Assembly (NCBI GenBank): GCA_050287085.1
Contig: JBNKBE010000008.1
Location: forward strand, 8 to 64,007
DNA length: 64,000 nt
Direction: 5' to 3'
From: Polyangiaceae bacterium
GTDB lineage: Bacteria > Myxococcota_A > Polyangia > Polyangiales > Polyangiaceae
Below, in pieces: positions 10,199 to 20,254 of the stretch (positions within the stretch are counted from its first letter, which is position 1; the number at the start of each line of letters is the position of its first letter). A program made the position numbers and the translations under genes. Under the pieces are notes generated by a model. The model was not told where the DNA came from. It saw nothing but the letters and a program-made list of their open reading frames with translations, and made no database searches.

Positions 10199-11266
10199 TC
10201 AGTGCGAGCGCTCGACCAATGCTACGCTAGCGTCGCGCAGCAGGCGTTCGCAGTCGGGGGGGAGCGCAGCCCGTTGCAACGCGCGTTCGCTTTGGGCTAG
10301 GCAGGTGGCGATATGGGCTTCGGTCGCTTCTCTTGCGCCAGCACCTTCAAGAGCCTTGAGCGCCGTTTCCACCGAGGGTTGACTGGCTTTGGCATTGCCG
10401 AAGCAGCGCTCGATCGCCCCGCGGGCGTCCGTTTGGAGCGCGTGCTGGACCGTCCACGTCCATTTCCCCGCCCGCAAGTCGTTGCCCCGCGGCTTGCCGG
10501 TGACTTCTTCGGCGCCATATAGGCCCAGCAGATCGTCGCGGAGCTGGAAGGCAAGACCGAGCGGAGCCGCGATGCGATCCAGCTTGGCGAGGATTTTCGA
10601 ATCGGCTCCCGCGAGAATGGCACCCATCCGCAGGGGGCCGGCGACCGTGTAACTCCCCGTTTTCAGCGCGTAGACCCGTTCAGCCTGGCGCGTCATCCCA
10701 ATCACGTCGAGCTGTTGTCCGATCACGGCTTGCTGCTGAAGCAATGCGTAGGCGCGAAGCAGCTGCGCCGAGGTCACTACGTCGGGGCTAAGCGCCGCAG
10801 CGTTGGCCAGCTCCTCTGTTGCCAGGGCGAACAACAAATCGCCGCCCAGAATTGCCGCACTGGCCGCAAGATGGGGCGTGTCGAATACCTCTTCGAGGGC
10901 GGCATGCACGCTCGGGCCGCCGCGGCGCACGCGGTCTTGGTCCATCCAGTCATCGTGCACGAGAAAATAGGTTTGGATGAGTTCCAGCGCGGCCGCTGCC
11001 GCGAGGAGCGTGCGGGGCGGCGCGTTCCCGCTACCGGCTCGGGCGCCGACATAGACGAGCGCTCCGCGCAGGCGTTTGCCCCCGCGCATGGAGACGGACC
11101 GAACGGCGGTCAAGAGTTCTCGGACTTCGACGCCCTCTTTGCTGTAGCGCTTTTCGGCTTGAGCGAGGATGCGGGCAAGGCGCGCGTCGAGACGCGGGCG
11201 GCAACGATTGAGCAGCGCGGAGAACAGGTTGATGTCCGCTGTCCGTGCAGAGCGGCTAGACCCCAT
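10199..11266 (-). CDS. Short-chain trans-isoprenyl diphosphate synthase (FPP/GGPP synthase)
   Basis: GGKRLR, FARM LVHDDWMD..RRG, GQQLD, KT, FQLRDD. Confidence 0.9.
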   Translation of the reverse strand: MGSSRSARTADINLFSALLNRCRPRLDARLARILAQAEKRYSKEGVEVRELLTAVRSVSMRGGKRLRGALVYVGARAGSGNAPPRTLLAAAAALELIQTYFLVHDDWMDQDRVRRGGPSVHAALEEVFDTPHLAASAAILGGDLLFALATEELANAAALSPDVVTSAQLLRAYALLQQQAVIGQQLDVIGMTRQAERVYALKTGSYTVAGPLRMGAILAGADSKILAKLDRIAAPLGLAFQLRDDLLGLYGAEEVTGKPRGNDLRAGKWTWTVQHALQTDARGAIERCFGNAKASQPSVETALKALEGAGAREATEAHIATCLAQSERALQRAALPPDCERLLRDASVALVERSH

Positions 11267-11497
11267 GGGACGCTTCTAGCGTGAACGCTTGACGCGGAAA
11301 AGTTTGGAGGCGCTTTTCTATGCTTGGCTGGGCCAATTGTGCCCCCGGGGCGCCGGTGCGGATCCACGAGTGGGGGCGCCGCGACGAGCCCGCCCCCGCA
11401 GCCAGAGGATCGGCCGGCGTAGTAGGACTTTCCCATTCGCGGGCCCTAGGGATCGCGGGACGGTGGTCGTCGTGATAGGACTTCCAGCGACAAGCCC

Positions 11498-12586
11498 ATG
11501 CCGTCTATCTCAGAACGCAAATCAGACCATCTCGACCTTTGCATTTCAGGCGATGTCGGGTTCGCGCACAAGTCGACTTTGCTGGAATGTGTTGAACTCA
11601 TCCACTGCTCGCTGCCTGAGCTCGCTTTTGACGAGATCGATCTCAGCGTGCGATGGCTGGGTAAGCGCCTTCGCGCCCCGTTGCTGATCGCCGGCATGAC
11701 CGGGGGCAACAGTCGCGCGCAACAGATCAATCGAGATCTAGCCCGGCTCGCTGAGGAGCAGGGCTACGCATTTGGATTGGGCAGTCAGCGGCCGATGCTT
11801 CTGTCAGCCGCGGCCCAGGCGAGTTATGAGGTGCGCGACGTGGCGCCGAACACCGTGCTGCTCGGAAATATCGGGGCCGTGCAGGCGGTCCAGACTCCGC
11901 TTGAGCAGCTCGAACGGCTGGTGCGTGCGGTGGGGGCTGATGCGTTGTGTGTTCACCTGAACCCGGCTCAGGAGTTGGTTCAGGAACATGGAGATCGCGA
12001 CTTTCGCGGTTGCTTGGCGGCTCTTGGAAGGCTCCAACGAGAGCTTTCAGTGCCCGTTATTGCAAAGGAAACAGGAGCCGGAGTCTCCTATGCGGTAGGG
12101 CGGGCGCTGAGAGCGGCTGGGGTCCAATACGTCGACATCTCGGGCGCCGGGGGCACAAGTTGGACCGCCGTCGAAATGCAGCGCGCCCAGGGAGCGGCCC
12201 GCTCGCTCGGAGAGGCCCTGCGCGAATGGGGGATCCCGACCGCGGCGAGCCTCGGGGCCGTGCAGGACCTCGACTTCACGACGGTGATAGCCTCGGGTGG
12301 GGTGACGCGCGGTCTTGACGCTGCGAGGGCGCTTGCGCTCGGAGCCGGAGTGGTTGGCATTGCGCGACCGGTGCTCCAGGCCTACGACGCAGGTGGGGTA
12401 GATGGGGCTCGCGAGTACCTGAAGCGAGTGGAGCTCGAGCTTCGCTCCGTGATGCTTCTCGTCGGAGCGGGGAGCGTGCGCGCGCTGCCCCGCGTACCGC
12501 GCATGGTCGCCCCGCCGCTGGCCGCCTGGTTTGCCAGCTGGCAGGCTGAGCGCCTTGCACGCTCCAAAGACGGAGGCGTCGCGTGA
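11498..12586 (+). CDS. fni: Type 2 (FMN-dependent) isopentenyl-diphosphate isomerase
   Basis: RK.DH, GMTGG, GSQR, HLNPAQE, KETG, GAGGTSW, WGIPT. Confidence 0.95.
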   Translation: MPSISERKSDHLDLCISGDVGFAHKSTLLECVELIHCSLPELAFDEIDLSVRWLGKRLRAPLLIAGMTGGNSRAQQINRDLARLAEEQGYAFGLGSQRPMLLSAAAQASYEVRDVAPNTVLLGNIGAVQAVQTPLEQLERLVRAVGADALCVHLNPAQELVQEHGDRDFRGCLAALGRLQRELSVPVIAKETGAGVSYAVGRALRAAGVQYVDISGAGGTSWTAVEMQRAQGAARSLGEALREWGIPTAASLGAVQDLDFTTVIASGGVTRGLDAARALALGAGVVGIARPVLQAYDAGGVDGAREYLKRVELELRSVMLLVGAGSVRALPRVPRMVAPPLAAWFASWQAERLARSKDGGVA

Positions 12587-13209
12587 GCTTTCGGGTGAAA
12601 GTTTGCGGTATCCGCAGCGTGCAGGAAGCAGAGGTGTGCATCGCGGCCGGCGCTGATGCGCTGGGCCTCAACTTCATTCCGACTTCGAAGCGATGGGTGG
12701 CCCCTGAGACTGCGCGGGACATCGTCAGAACGCTCCGCGGTCGCGTTCAATGGGTGGCGGTCATGGCGGACCTAGCTTGGGACGAGGTATCTGCTTTGGA
12801 TGAAGTTGTGCCTTGTGATTGGCTTCAGCTACATGGTTCGGAGCCTCCTGAGCTGGTCGCGCGTCTCGGGGCGCGGGCGTATAAGGCTCTCCGCATTGGC
12901 GATGAGCGAGACGTTGCCGCGGCCCGAGCATTTGTCGGTCAGAGGCTATTGGTCGACGCAAAGGTTCCCGGTGAGTTAGGGGGCAGCGGTCATGCGTTCG
13001 ATTGGAGTCTAGTTGTGCCCTTGGCGCGTGAGCGCGACCTGATTCTTGCGGGCGGGCTAAGACCCGACAACGTGGGCGCCGCCATCGCTCAGGTTCGGCC
13101 GGCGGCTGTTGATGTGGCCAGCGGTGTGGAGGGGCCTTCAGGGTGGAAGGAGCCGGAGCAGGTACGGGCTTTTGTCGAACGGGCCCAGGCCGCTTGGCTT
13201 CCGGGTTGA
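12583..13209 (+). CDS. trpF: Phosphoribosylanthranilate isomerase
   Basis: KVCGI, QLHGSE, GGSGHAFDW, LAGGL, VDVASGVE; GTGA overlap with fni. Confidence 0.95.
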   Translation: MSFRVKVCGIRSVQEAEVCIAAGADALGLNFIPTSKRWVAPETARDIVRTLRGRVQWVAVMADLAWDEVSALDEVVPCDWLQLHGSEPPELVARLGARAYKALRIGDERDVAAARAFVGQRLLVDAKVPGELGGSGHAFDWSLVVPLARERDLILAGGLRPDNVGAAIAQVRPAAVDVASGVEGPSGWKEPEQVRAFVERAQAAWLPG

Positions 13210-13310
13210 GCCGCCCCCTCGCCGAGCCTCATGGGAATCTGGGGTGGAGTGCCCGCTGACGGCGAAAAAGGCTGTGTGAGCCCAGACGACCCACGCTATG
13301 GTCGCGCGCG

Positions 13311-14297
13311 ATGGAAGCCCACGTGGAAACGACCGTAGAAACCCTGCCCCCAGACGGCAGTGCGCCCATTGTTGATGCAACCTGGCGAGACGCCAAGTAC
13401 CTGATATTGAGCGGCCTGTGCATGGGCACCGCGGACCTTGTTCCGGGGGTGTCAGGCGGCACAATGGCGGTGGCCTTGGGGATCTACCGACGCTTGCTGG
13501 CAGCCATCGATTCGGTGGCGGACGCGGTTCGCGTCTTCGCGATTGCCAAGACACGCCGCTTACCCCGTGCTGTGGCTGTGATGCATTGGAAGTTCATCGC
13601 ATTGCTCGGCTTTGGCATCGCCTTGGCCTTGGTTCTGATGGGCAAAGTGGTCGGTTTGCCCCGCATGGTGACGGAGAACCCCAAGCCTGTGTACTCGGTG
13701 TTTTTTGGTTTGGTGGTCGCTTCCACCTGGTTGCTGGGCAGGCGCGTCCGCGCTTGGTCGGCTTCGACCCTGTTCGCGTTGGCGCTTGGAACCGCGCTCG
13801 GATACCTTGTCGTTCAGCTGGTGCCCATGCAGACGCCGACGAGCGCGCCCTTCATCTTCATGTACGGCGCCATCGCGATCACCGCGATGATTCTTCCCGG
13901 CATCAGCGGTTCGTTCATGTTGCTCGTGATGGGCCAATACGAACACATCATCACTTCAGTCCTCGCCGCTGATCTCGCGGTGATCGCGCCCTTTGCTCTG
14001 GGGTGTGGCACGGGTCTGCTGGCGTTTTCCAGGTTGCTGGGTTACTTGCTCGACCGCTACCACAACGCCATGACCGCGGGATTGACGGGGTTGCTTCTTG
14101 GCACGTTGGTGCGCATCTGGCCGTATCAGACGCTCACCACGGAGATCATTCGCGAGAAGCCGCGTGTGGTATCGGCGGTCGCCTATTGGCCAACTTCGCT
14201 GGAGGGGTCGGTTCTCGCTCTAGCCGTGCTGGGTCTGGTTATGGTGCTCGGCGTGGAGTGGCTCGCGACGCGACGACAGGCCGCCTTCGAGTCATGA
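13311..14297 (+). CDS. DUF368 family membrane protein
   Basis: MGTADLVPGVSGGTMA and AMILPGISGS signature repeats; multiple TM helices. Confidence 0.9.
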   Translation: MEAHVETTVETLPPDGSAPIVDATWRDAKYLILSGLCMGTADLVPGVSGGTMAVALGIYRRLLAAIDSVADAVRVFAIAKTRRLPRAVAVMHWKFIALLGFGIALALVLMGKVVGLPRMVTENPKPVYSVFFGLVVASTWLLGRRVRAWSASTLFALALGTALGYLVVQLVPMQTPTSAPFIFMYGAIAITAMILPGISGSFMLLVMGQYEHIITSVLAADLAVIAPFALGCGTGLLAFSRLLGYLLDRYHNAMTAGLTGLLLGTLVRIWPYQTLTTEIIREKPRVVSAVAYWPTSLEGSVLALAVLGLVMVLGVEWLATRRQAAFES

Positions 14298-15589
14298 AGA
14301 CGTTGGTCCTGTGGGCCCCGGCGCCTGCCTCGCCGGCGCTTGTGGCCTGGTCCGAAGCCTTGCCTGCTTGGACGAGTCTGCGCGTTGCCAATGTTGCTCT
14401 TTGGCAATATGCCGCCTTGGGCGTGCTCTTGCTCGGCGCGCTTGGGGCACGCTGGCTGGTGCGTATCGTGCTGGGGCGCCAGCTCCGGCAGTGGGTCGGC
14501 GCCATGGGGCAGGACCGAGCGTCTCGAGTTGCACAGGCCGCCAGCTCGCCTGCAGCCACCTTTGCCTTGGCCCTGCTGGTCATGGCCGGCTTGCCAGGGC
14601 TCGGGCTCGCTGAGCGGCCGCAGGCGGCTTTGCTCATCGCTTGCCGCGTGCTGATGGTTTTTGCCGCCGCGGACGTAGCGTATCGCCTGGTGGACGTGCT
14701 TACCGCGCGGATGGCCGAGCGCGCCGCCAAGACCGAGTCGAAACTCGATGACCAGCTCGTGCCCTTGGCTCGCAAGTCGCTCAAGACGCTCGTCGTCGTG
14801 GCCGGCGGGCTATTCATTCTACAAAACCTCCACGTCAACGTGGGGTCGCTCCTGGCCGGGTTGGGAATCGGCGGATTGGCGGTCGCATTTGCTGCCAAAG
14901 AGACGTTGTCCAACGTTTTTGGAAGCGTGATGATCTTCATCGATCGCCCGTTTCACGTGGGGGATTGGATCGTCGTCAACGGGGCGGAAGGGATCGTCGA
15001 AGAGGTCGGATTCCGCTCCACACGCATTAGGACGTTCTACAATTCGGTGGTGTCCATGCCCAATGCGGTCTTCAACGACGCGAAGGTTGACAACTACGGG
15101 CGTCGCGAGTTCCGCCGAACCTACACCACCCTCAACCTGGTGTACGACACAACGCCGGAGCAGATTCAGGCGTTCTGCGAAGGTATTCGCGCCATCATCT
15201 TGGCCAATCCACATACCCGCAAGGACTACTACGAGGTGCATTTCTGCGGCTTCGGCGCCCATTCCCTCGACGTCATGCTGTACTTCTTTTTCAAGGTAAG
15301 CAGCTGGTCCGATGAGCTTCGGGAGCGGCACAACGTTTACCTTGAGATCCTGCGCCTGGCGAAGGAGCTGAAAGTCGGTTTCGCTTTCCCGACCCAGACC
15401 CTTCACGTGGACTCTCTTGCGGCTCTGGGGAGCGCCGCGACTCAGCCGTCACCCCCGGAAGACGCCACACTCGGGGCGATCGCAAGCGCCTTTGGTCCTT
15501 CGGGGCGACTGGCGCGCCCAGCTGGGCCGCGTTTGGTGCCCGGCGCCTACCTGGCGGGCGGCGCTCCGAGCGGTGATGCCGAAGCCTAG
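14294..15589 (+). CDS. Small-conductance mechanosensitive channel (MscS family)
   Basis: GLGIGGLAVAFAAK.TL.N, DRPF.VGDWI, GFRSTRIRT; ATGA overlap with DUF368. Confidence 0.92.
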   Translation: MKTLVLWAPAPASPALVAWSEALPAWTSLRVANVALWQYAALGVLLLGALGARWLVRIVLGRQLRQWVGAMGQDRASRVAQAASSPAATFALALLVMAGLPGLGLAERPQAALLIACRVLMVFAAADVAYRLVDVLTARMAERAAKTESKLDDQLVPLARKSLKTLVVVAGGLFILQNLHVNVGSLLAGLGIGGLAVAFAAKETLSNVFGSVMIFIDRPFHVGDWIVVNGAEGIVEEVGFRSTRIRTFYNSVVSMPNAVFNDAKVDNYGRREFRRTYTTLNLVYDTTPEQIQAFCEGIRAIILANPHTRKDYYEVHFCGFGAHSLDVMLYFFFKVSSWSDELRERHNVYLEILRLAKELKVGFAFPTQTLHVDSLAALGSAATQPSPPEDATLGAIASAFGPSGRLARPAGPRLVPGAYLAGGAPSGDAEA

Positions 15590-15666
15590 GGGCTGCCCCC
15601 CGGGGGCCGGCTCAAAGAGCCGCCGTTGGGGAGTCGCGCCGGCGGCGCGCGCAGCGGGGTGATCCG

Positions 15667-15849
15667 TCAGTCCGCCTGGGCGAGGTCGAGCAGCGTGTCG
15701 AGCGCCTCGAGCTTGCGCTTGGTGCGCATTTCGTCCTGTCGCAGCCGTTTCTGGTCAGCCTCCAGCTTTCGCTGCTCCGCCTCCAGCTCACGGAGGTGGG
15801 CGCGTAGGTCTTCTCGTTCGGATTGCAGTTCTGGGATGGGCAGCGTCAA
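15667..15849 (-). CDS. Small coiled-coil hypothetical protein (60 aa)
   Basis: TTG at 15849 with AAGGAG RBS; heptad-like E/R/L-rich sequence. Confidence 0.65.
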   Translation of the reverse strand: MTLPIPELQSEREDLRAHLRELEAEQRKLEADQKRLRQDEMRTKRKLEALDTLLDLAQAD

Positions 15850-16015
15850 GCGTGGACTCCTTGGTTGTAGCAACGCGGTATGCCAGCAGCGCTTGAGCGC
15901 GGCTGGCACTGCGGCGCCGTGGCGACAGGCAGGCATAGCATGGCCGCGGATCGCCAGAAAGCAATGGCTGGGCGTCAGGCGCGGTGGGGGGAAGAGCGGC
16001 CCGCGGTGAGAGTCC

Positions 16016-17368
16016 CTAGGCGAAGGCGGATGGGATTCGCCCCCGGCGCTCGACGAGCGGGAAAGGCGGGCCCGGCTTGGCGAGCAGAAAGCCCTGTAGC
16101 AGGTCGCATCCGAGATCGACGAGGGCGCCCCATTCATCCTCGGTTTCGACTCCTTCAGCGACCACGAGCATGCCCATGTCCTTGCACAGAGACGTCATCG
16201 AGCGGATCAACTTCTGGCGCGTATGACTCTGATGGACACCGCGAATGAGCGACATATCGAGTTTGACGATCTCCGGCTCCAGGAGCGCAAAGCTGGTCAG
16301 CCCCGCGTAGCCAGCGCCCAGGTCGTCCACCGCGATACGAAAGCCCATCTCGCGCAGGGCGGCGATTCGACGGCGAACATCGGTCACACTTTCTAGCGAC
16401 GAGCGTTCCGTGACCTCCAACACCACACGACCCGCAATGCGCGACAACTCCGCCTCGCGATCCAGGAGATCGGAGTCTAAAAGGTCGGTCGTGTGTAGAT
16501 TGACGAATAGGGTCGTTTCCGTCGGGGCCGTCGCCATGGGGCCCGCTGAGCGTCGGCGAATTCGTCGACCCAGCTCGTCCTGGCGCTCCAGACGAGCGGC
16601 AGCGTCGAGCACGGCCCCGGGGTGTGGCAAGGCGGGTTCGGAGCTGCGGAGCAGTGCTTCGAAACCGAAGATGCTGCCGTTCGACGCCCGAACGATCGGT
16701 TGGTAGGCCATCCACAGAGTGGCGAGCGCCTGGTCAAAATGAATGCGCAGCTGTTCCAGGCTCAGCTGATCTTCGTCAGCGCGCACTAGATCGATGGCGC
16801 GTCGCTTCATCAGCGCCATGCGCCGGAGATAGGCAGCGCGCTCGACGACTTCCTCAAGGCGGGTCTCCTTGACAGGCTTTGTTAGATAGTGGAAAGCGCC
16901 GAACTCGAGCGCTTGGACGGCCGTGCTAACGGCCGGCTTTCCGGTAATGAGGATTACCGGAATATCGGGGTCGAGTTCGTGCAGCCGTTGAAGCAGACGA
17001 ATCCCATCCCAGTCGGGCATCGCGATATCGCTGAGGACGACGTCGAAGTCGGATTCTGCAAAGAGTTCATCCGCCTGCTTGCCATTTTCCGCACATTGGA
17101 CGTCGAACCCACGCTTTTCGAGAACTCGACGCAGGCTTCGACGCAGGAGCGGTTCGTCGTCGACGACCAGAACTCGGCTGCGTTGGGCGTCCCAGGCTTG
17201 GGAACCAAGACCGCTGGTCCCCCGGCCAGCTGGCGGGTTTAGATGCACAGAGCGGCCGTTCGCGGGGGGGGGCATGCCCGGAATAACGGCAGCTTCTTCG
17301 GTTCCTGAAAGGGAATGTGATACATGTGACCCGTCGAACGGAGCTCGTTCGAAGGAGCCATCATTCAA
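16016..17368 (-). CDS. Response regulator with EAL c-di-GMP phosphodiesterase domain (start uncertain)
   Basis: REC (VVDDE, SDIAMP, KP) plus EALLR, FVNL, EVTE, DDLGAGY, KLD, EGVE, QG motifs. Confidence 0.92.
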   Translation of the reverse strand: MNDGSFERAPFDGSHVSHSLSGTEEAAVIPGMPPPANGRSVHLNPPAGRGTSGLGSQAWDAQRSRVLVVDDEPLLRRSLRRVLEKRGFDVQCAENGKQADELFAESDFDVVLSDIAMPDWDGIRLLQRLHELDPDIPVILITGKPAVSTAVQALEFGAFHYLTKPVKETRLEEVVERAAYLRRMALMKRRAIDLVRADEDQLSLEQLRIHFDQALATLWMAYQPIVRASNGSIFGFEALLRSSEPALPHPGAVLDAAARLERQDELGRRIRRRSAGPMATAPTETTLFVNLHTTDLLDSDLLDREAELSRIAGRVVLEVTERSSLESVTDVRRRIAALREMGFRIAVDDLGAGYAGLTSFALLEPEIVKLDMSLIRGVHQSHTRQKLIRSMTSLCKDMGMLVVAEGVETEDEWGALVDLGCDLLQGFLLAKPGPPFPLVERRGRIPSAFA

Positions 17369-17409
17369 TCCCGGTGGTTGTACTCCGGGGTCAACAAGGG
17401 GGACTCTTC

Positions 17410-18048
17410 TTGCCGCGCAAGTCCAGTTCAGCTCAGTCTGCCGCCGCTAGTGAGGGGCATCACCTAACCTCTGGGGATTTGGCCCGGATGCTACACGTGG
17501 ATCTCAAGACGATTCACAATTGGGTGAACCAGGGTCATGTCAGTGGGCGTCGCACCAAAGGTCGCCATCTGCGTTTCGATCGTACCGAGGTCGTCCGTTT
17601 CATGAGAGCCTACGGCTACCAGATTCCGCCCAATGTGGGAGAGGAAGCGCCGCGTGTGCTGCTTGACTCTAGTTCGCCGCTGGGAGGCAAGCTCGGTCGC
17701 GCGTTGAAGCGTTCGGTAGCTGTCAGCGAGGCGTCCGGTGCTTATGCGATTGCTCTCGCTGCCTCGTCGGGGGATCAAGAAGTCATCGTGCTCGACTTGG
17801 ACGCGCGTGCTCCACGAGAGGTCCAGGCCTTGCTCGCGGCTCTTCGCGAGTGGGAGTTGACGACAGGTGTAGTCGTACTCGGAGTCGGAGCGAAACCCGC
17901 GACCCGTCGCGCGTTCTTGGCCGCGGGAGGAGACATCGCTCTTGCCGTCGGAAGTGAGGGGGATGTTCGAGGTATCGCCAAGTGGCTGTGCGGGAGTGCC
18001 GACAAGCTACCCGTCAGTGCTGAATCGAATAATTGGACTCTCGCGTAG
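17410..18048 (+). CDS. MerR/excisionase-type HTH protein with degenerate receiver-like C-terminus
   Basis: LTSGDLARMLHVDLKTIHNW...RT.GRHLRF; TTG 17410 with AGGGGG upstream; C-terminal VIVLDL. Confidence 0.75.
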   Translation: MPRKSSSAQSAAASEGHHLTSGDLARMLHVDLKTIHNWVNQGHVSGRRTKGRHLRFDRTEVVRFMRAYGYQIPPNVGEEAPRVLLDSSSPLGGKLGRALKRSVAVSEASGAYAIALAASSGDQEVIVLDLDARAPREVQALLAALREWELTTGVVVLGVGAKPATRRAFLAAGGDIALAVGSEGDVRGIAKWLCGSADKLPVSAESNNWTLA

Positions 18049-18113
18049 ACGGACGAGTCGTCCCAGTCGGAGGTCCCCGATGGCGCGGGCCGTTCCGGGA
18101 ACGCTGGGATAGC

Positions 18114-18506
18114 TCAAGGGACGTCAGGGTCCTGCGGCGGGGGTGACGCGGAGGGGACCAATGAGCCCCCCCCGCCCACGCGGAAGTACGTGACGAGCGT
18201 TTGTCTGCGTGTGTGGAGCTGCTCGCGTTCCAGATATTCGAGGGGAGTTCGGCGTTGGATCAGGGCGGGCCGAGTAATCACGCGGCGCAGCCAACTCCCG
18301 GGCGCTAGCGTCAAGCTGGCCTGGCTCTCCCATACGGTGCCAGGACCAGTGGCGAGGCGCGCGACCTCGACGTTTGGAAGGGCTTTGGGGTTAAGCCAGC
18401 GACGCTCGTGCCAGACTGCCCACGTTTGACGCTCCGTGCCACGTGGGACCACACGTTCATGGGCTCGAAGGACTACCAGTGCCGCTCTATCGCCTTGGGT
18501 GGCCAT
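18114..18506 (-). CDS. Hypothetical protein
   Basis: 130-aa ORF filling the gap after the VWA gene, same strand. Confidence 0.5.
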   Translation of the reverse strand: MATQGDRAALVVLRAHERVVPRGTERQTWAVWHERRWLNPKALPNVEVARLATGPGTVWESQASLTLAPGSWLRRVITRPALIQRRTPLEYLEREQLHTRRQTLVTYFRVGGGGSLVPSASPPPQDPDVP

Positions 18507-18550
18507 GGTGCAGGTGGGGGTTGAGAGCCGGGGCGCGCTGATGGACCGCT

Positions 18551-19765
18551 CTATTCGGCGTAGCCGGCGCCGGGCGGGGGGGGCGCGACCGCTGGAGAGT
18601 CCTCGGCTGGGGCGGCGGGAGCCGCTTGGGCTCCGTCGCCGGATGCATTGCTGCTGCCCGGGGCGCCCGCTGACGAAGTCTGCTGCTGGGACTTATTCGA
18701 AGAAACGGGGAATCTGGGAACGCGGGACGAGTCGCATTGGCTTGAGAAGCCAGTGGCATCAAACGGAAGCTCCATCGACGCGGTGTCCGCGCTGCCTCCG
18801 GAGTCCGGTCGTGATACTTCCAAGAGGAGGGTCCGCTTCCCCGCACGGGCGGGTGAACAGTAGGACACGAGATAGTACTGACCGTAGTCCTGTTCGACGA
18901 GGGTTGCGAGCTGTCCGAGTGCCGCGTCGAGGTTGTCGATGGAGGTGGCCAGCACATGGCCGTTTTCACCGAGCTTTTCCGCCAGAGCGTCGTCGCCATC
19001 GGGTGCTACGACGAGAGCAAAGCGATGGTGAGGTGTCTGCTTGAGAACTTCACGAAGACGCTCCTCGGTGGTGCGCCCTGCCAGGTCGTCACCTTGGGCC
19101 ACGACGACGAGCGTGCCAAGACGTATCCGCTTGGGGGTTTGGCGTAGATGGTAGTCGAGCTGCGCGACCCCGGCTAGAACGGCCCCGTTGAGGTTGCTCG
19201 AGGGATCTCGCTGGCGGTGCTGACTTAACGCCGACAGCGAGGCCTTCACCTGCGCGAGGGTATCGGCTCCTTTATTCTTGGAAAACTTGCCAAAGGGATA
19301 CAGCGCGGCGCCTCCATCGAAGCCGTAGACGCTAACGTCTTCTACAGCTCGGATGCGTTCTACGAAAGTTGCGAGCTGTTCTGTCAAGACGTTCAGGCGA
19401 CCCGGTTCTTCAATACTGCCGCTGAGATCGACGAGAATCAGCGTATGGTGGAGGGAAACTGCATCTCGGTCGAGCAGCTGCAGTCCAACCGTGGCTCTGT
19501 TGAGTTGTTTTCCGTCTTCATAGACGGCGAAGTTCTCGGCTTGCAATTGGGGCACGGGCTGCTCGCCATCGACGACAGACGCGTAGATGGCAACTTGTCC
19601 CGGTGGATTGGCGCTGTCGGCGACCGAGCGCACGTCGAGTCCACCGAAGAGTTGGCACCCCGCGCTCAGCCAAAACACGCTCGCAAGTTGCGCGACGGGA
19701 TAGCCATTCAGGCGTGGCCGGCGGCGAGTTCGAGGGGGCCGTTGCGGTCTGCGGGTAGCGTTCAT
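18551..19765 (-). CDS. VWA-domain lipoprotein
   Basis: Lipobox LSAGC, MIDAS DLSGS; ATG 19765 overlaps the upstream NUDIX stop (ATGA). Confidence 0.75.
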   Translation of the reverse strand: MNATRRPQRPPRTRRRPRLNGYPVAQLASVFWLSAGCQLFGGLDVRSVADSANPPGQVAIYASVVDGEQPVPQLQAENFAVYEDGKQLNRATVGLQLLDRDAVSLHHTLILVDLSGSIEEPGRLNVLTEQLATFVERIRAVEDVSVYGFDGGAALYPFGKFSKNKGADTLAQVKASLSALSQHRQRDPSSNLNGAVLAGVAQLDYHLRQTPKRIRLGTLVVVAQGDDLAGRTTEERLREVLKQTPHHRFALVVAPDGDDALAEKLGENGHVLATSIDNLDAALGQLATLVEQDYGQYYLVSYCSPARAGKRTLLLEVSRPDSGGSADTASMELPFDATGFSSQCDSSRVPRFPVSSNKSQQQTSSAGAPGSSNASGDGAQAAPAAPAEDSPAVAPPPPGAGYAE

Positions 19766-20226
19766 TCCCAAACTATTTTCCCATCCATGGCATTTCGCAA
19801 CATATCGCTCATCTGGTGTGAAAGCGGCTCCGGCAAGTGGCCGACCTGGAAGAGGCCCACGTCGGCGATCTCCAGCGGGTTGTCCGGGGGCCGCACGGGG
19901 TGAGTGACCCGCGCGTGCACGACAACGGTCACAGCGTGAAAACGAAAGTCCCGATCCGGATGTGAATATACGCCGCACAATCCCCCCATTTCCACGAGCT
20001 CCACGCCAGCTTCCTCATTCAGTTCGCGGCGGATGCTCTCGCGCAGGGTCTCGCCCCACTCGACGGTCCCGCCGGGGAGGGCCCACTGGCCAGTATCTCG
20101 ACGCCGAATCAACAGCCAGCGCCCGTCTCGGGTTTGAGCGGCGGCTGCGACGCCCACAACCGGCCTTCGGAGCACATGACGACTTGCTTCTTTGAGCAGT
20201 TTCGAGAGACTGCGCGCAATTCTCAC
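19762..20226 (-). CDS. NUDIX hydrolase
   Basis: WALPGGTVEWGETLRESIRRELNEEAGV. Confidence 0.9.
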   Translation of the reverse strand: MRIARSLSKLLKEASRHVLRRPVVGVAAAAQTRDGRWLLIRRRDTGQWALPGGTVEWGETLRESIRRELNEEAGVELVEMGGLCGVYSHPDRDFRFHAVTVVVHARVTHPVRPPDNPLEIADVGLFQVGHLPEPLSHQMSDMLRNAMDGKIVWE

Positions 20227-20254
20227 CTCCTCAGTCTGCCTGTATCTCGTGTTA

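Noticed and set aside
15869..15885. Sigma54 promoter TGGCAT-n6-TTGC before the small coiled-coil gene
   Set aside because: GG to GC spacing is 11 nt rather than the strict 10.
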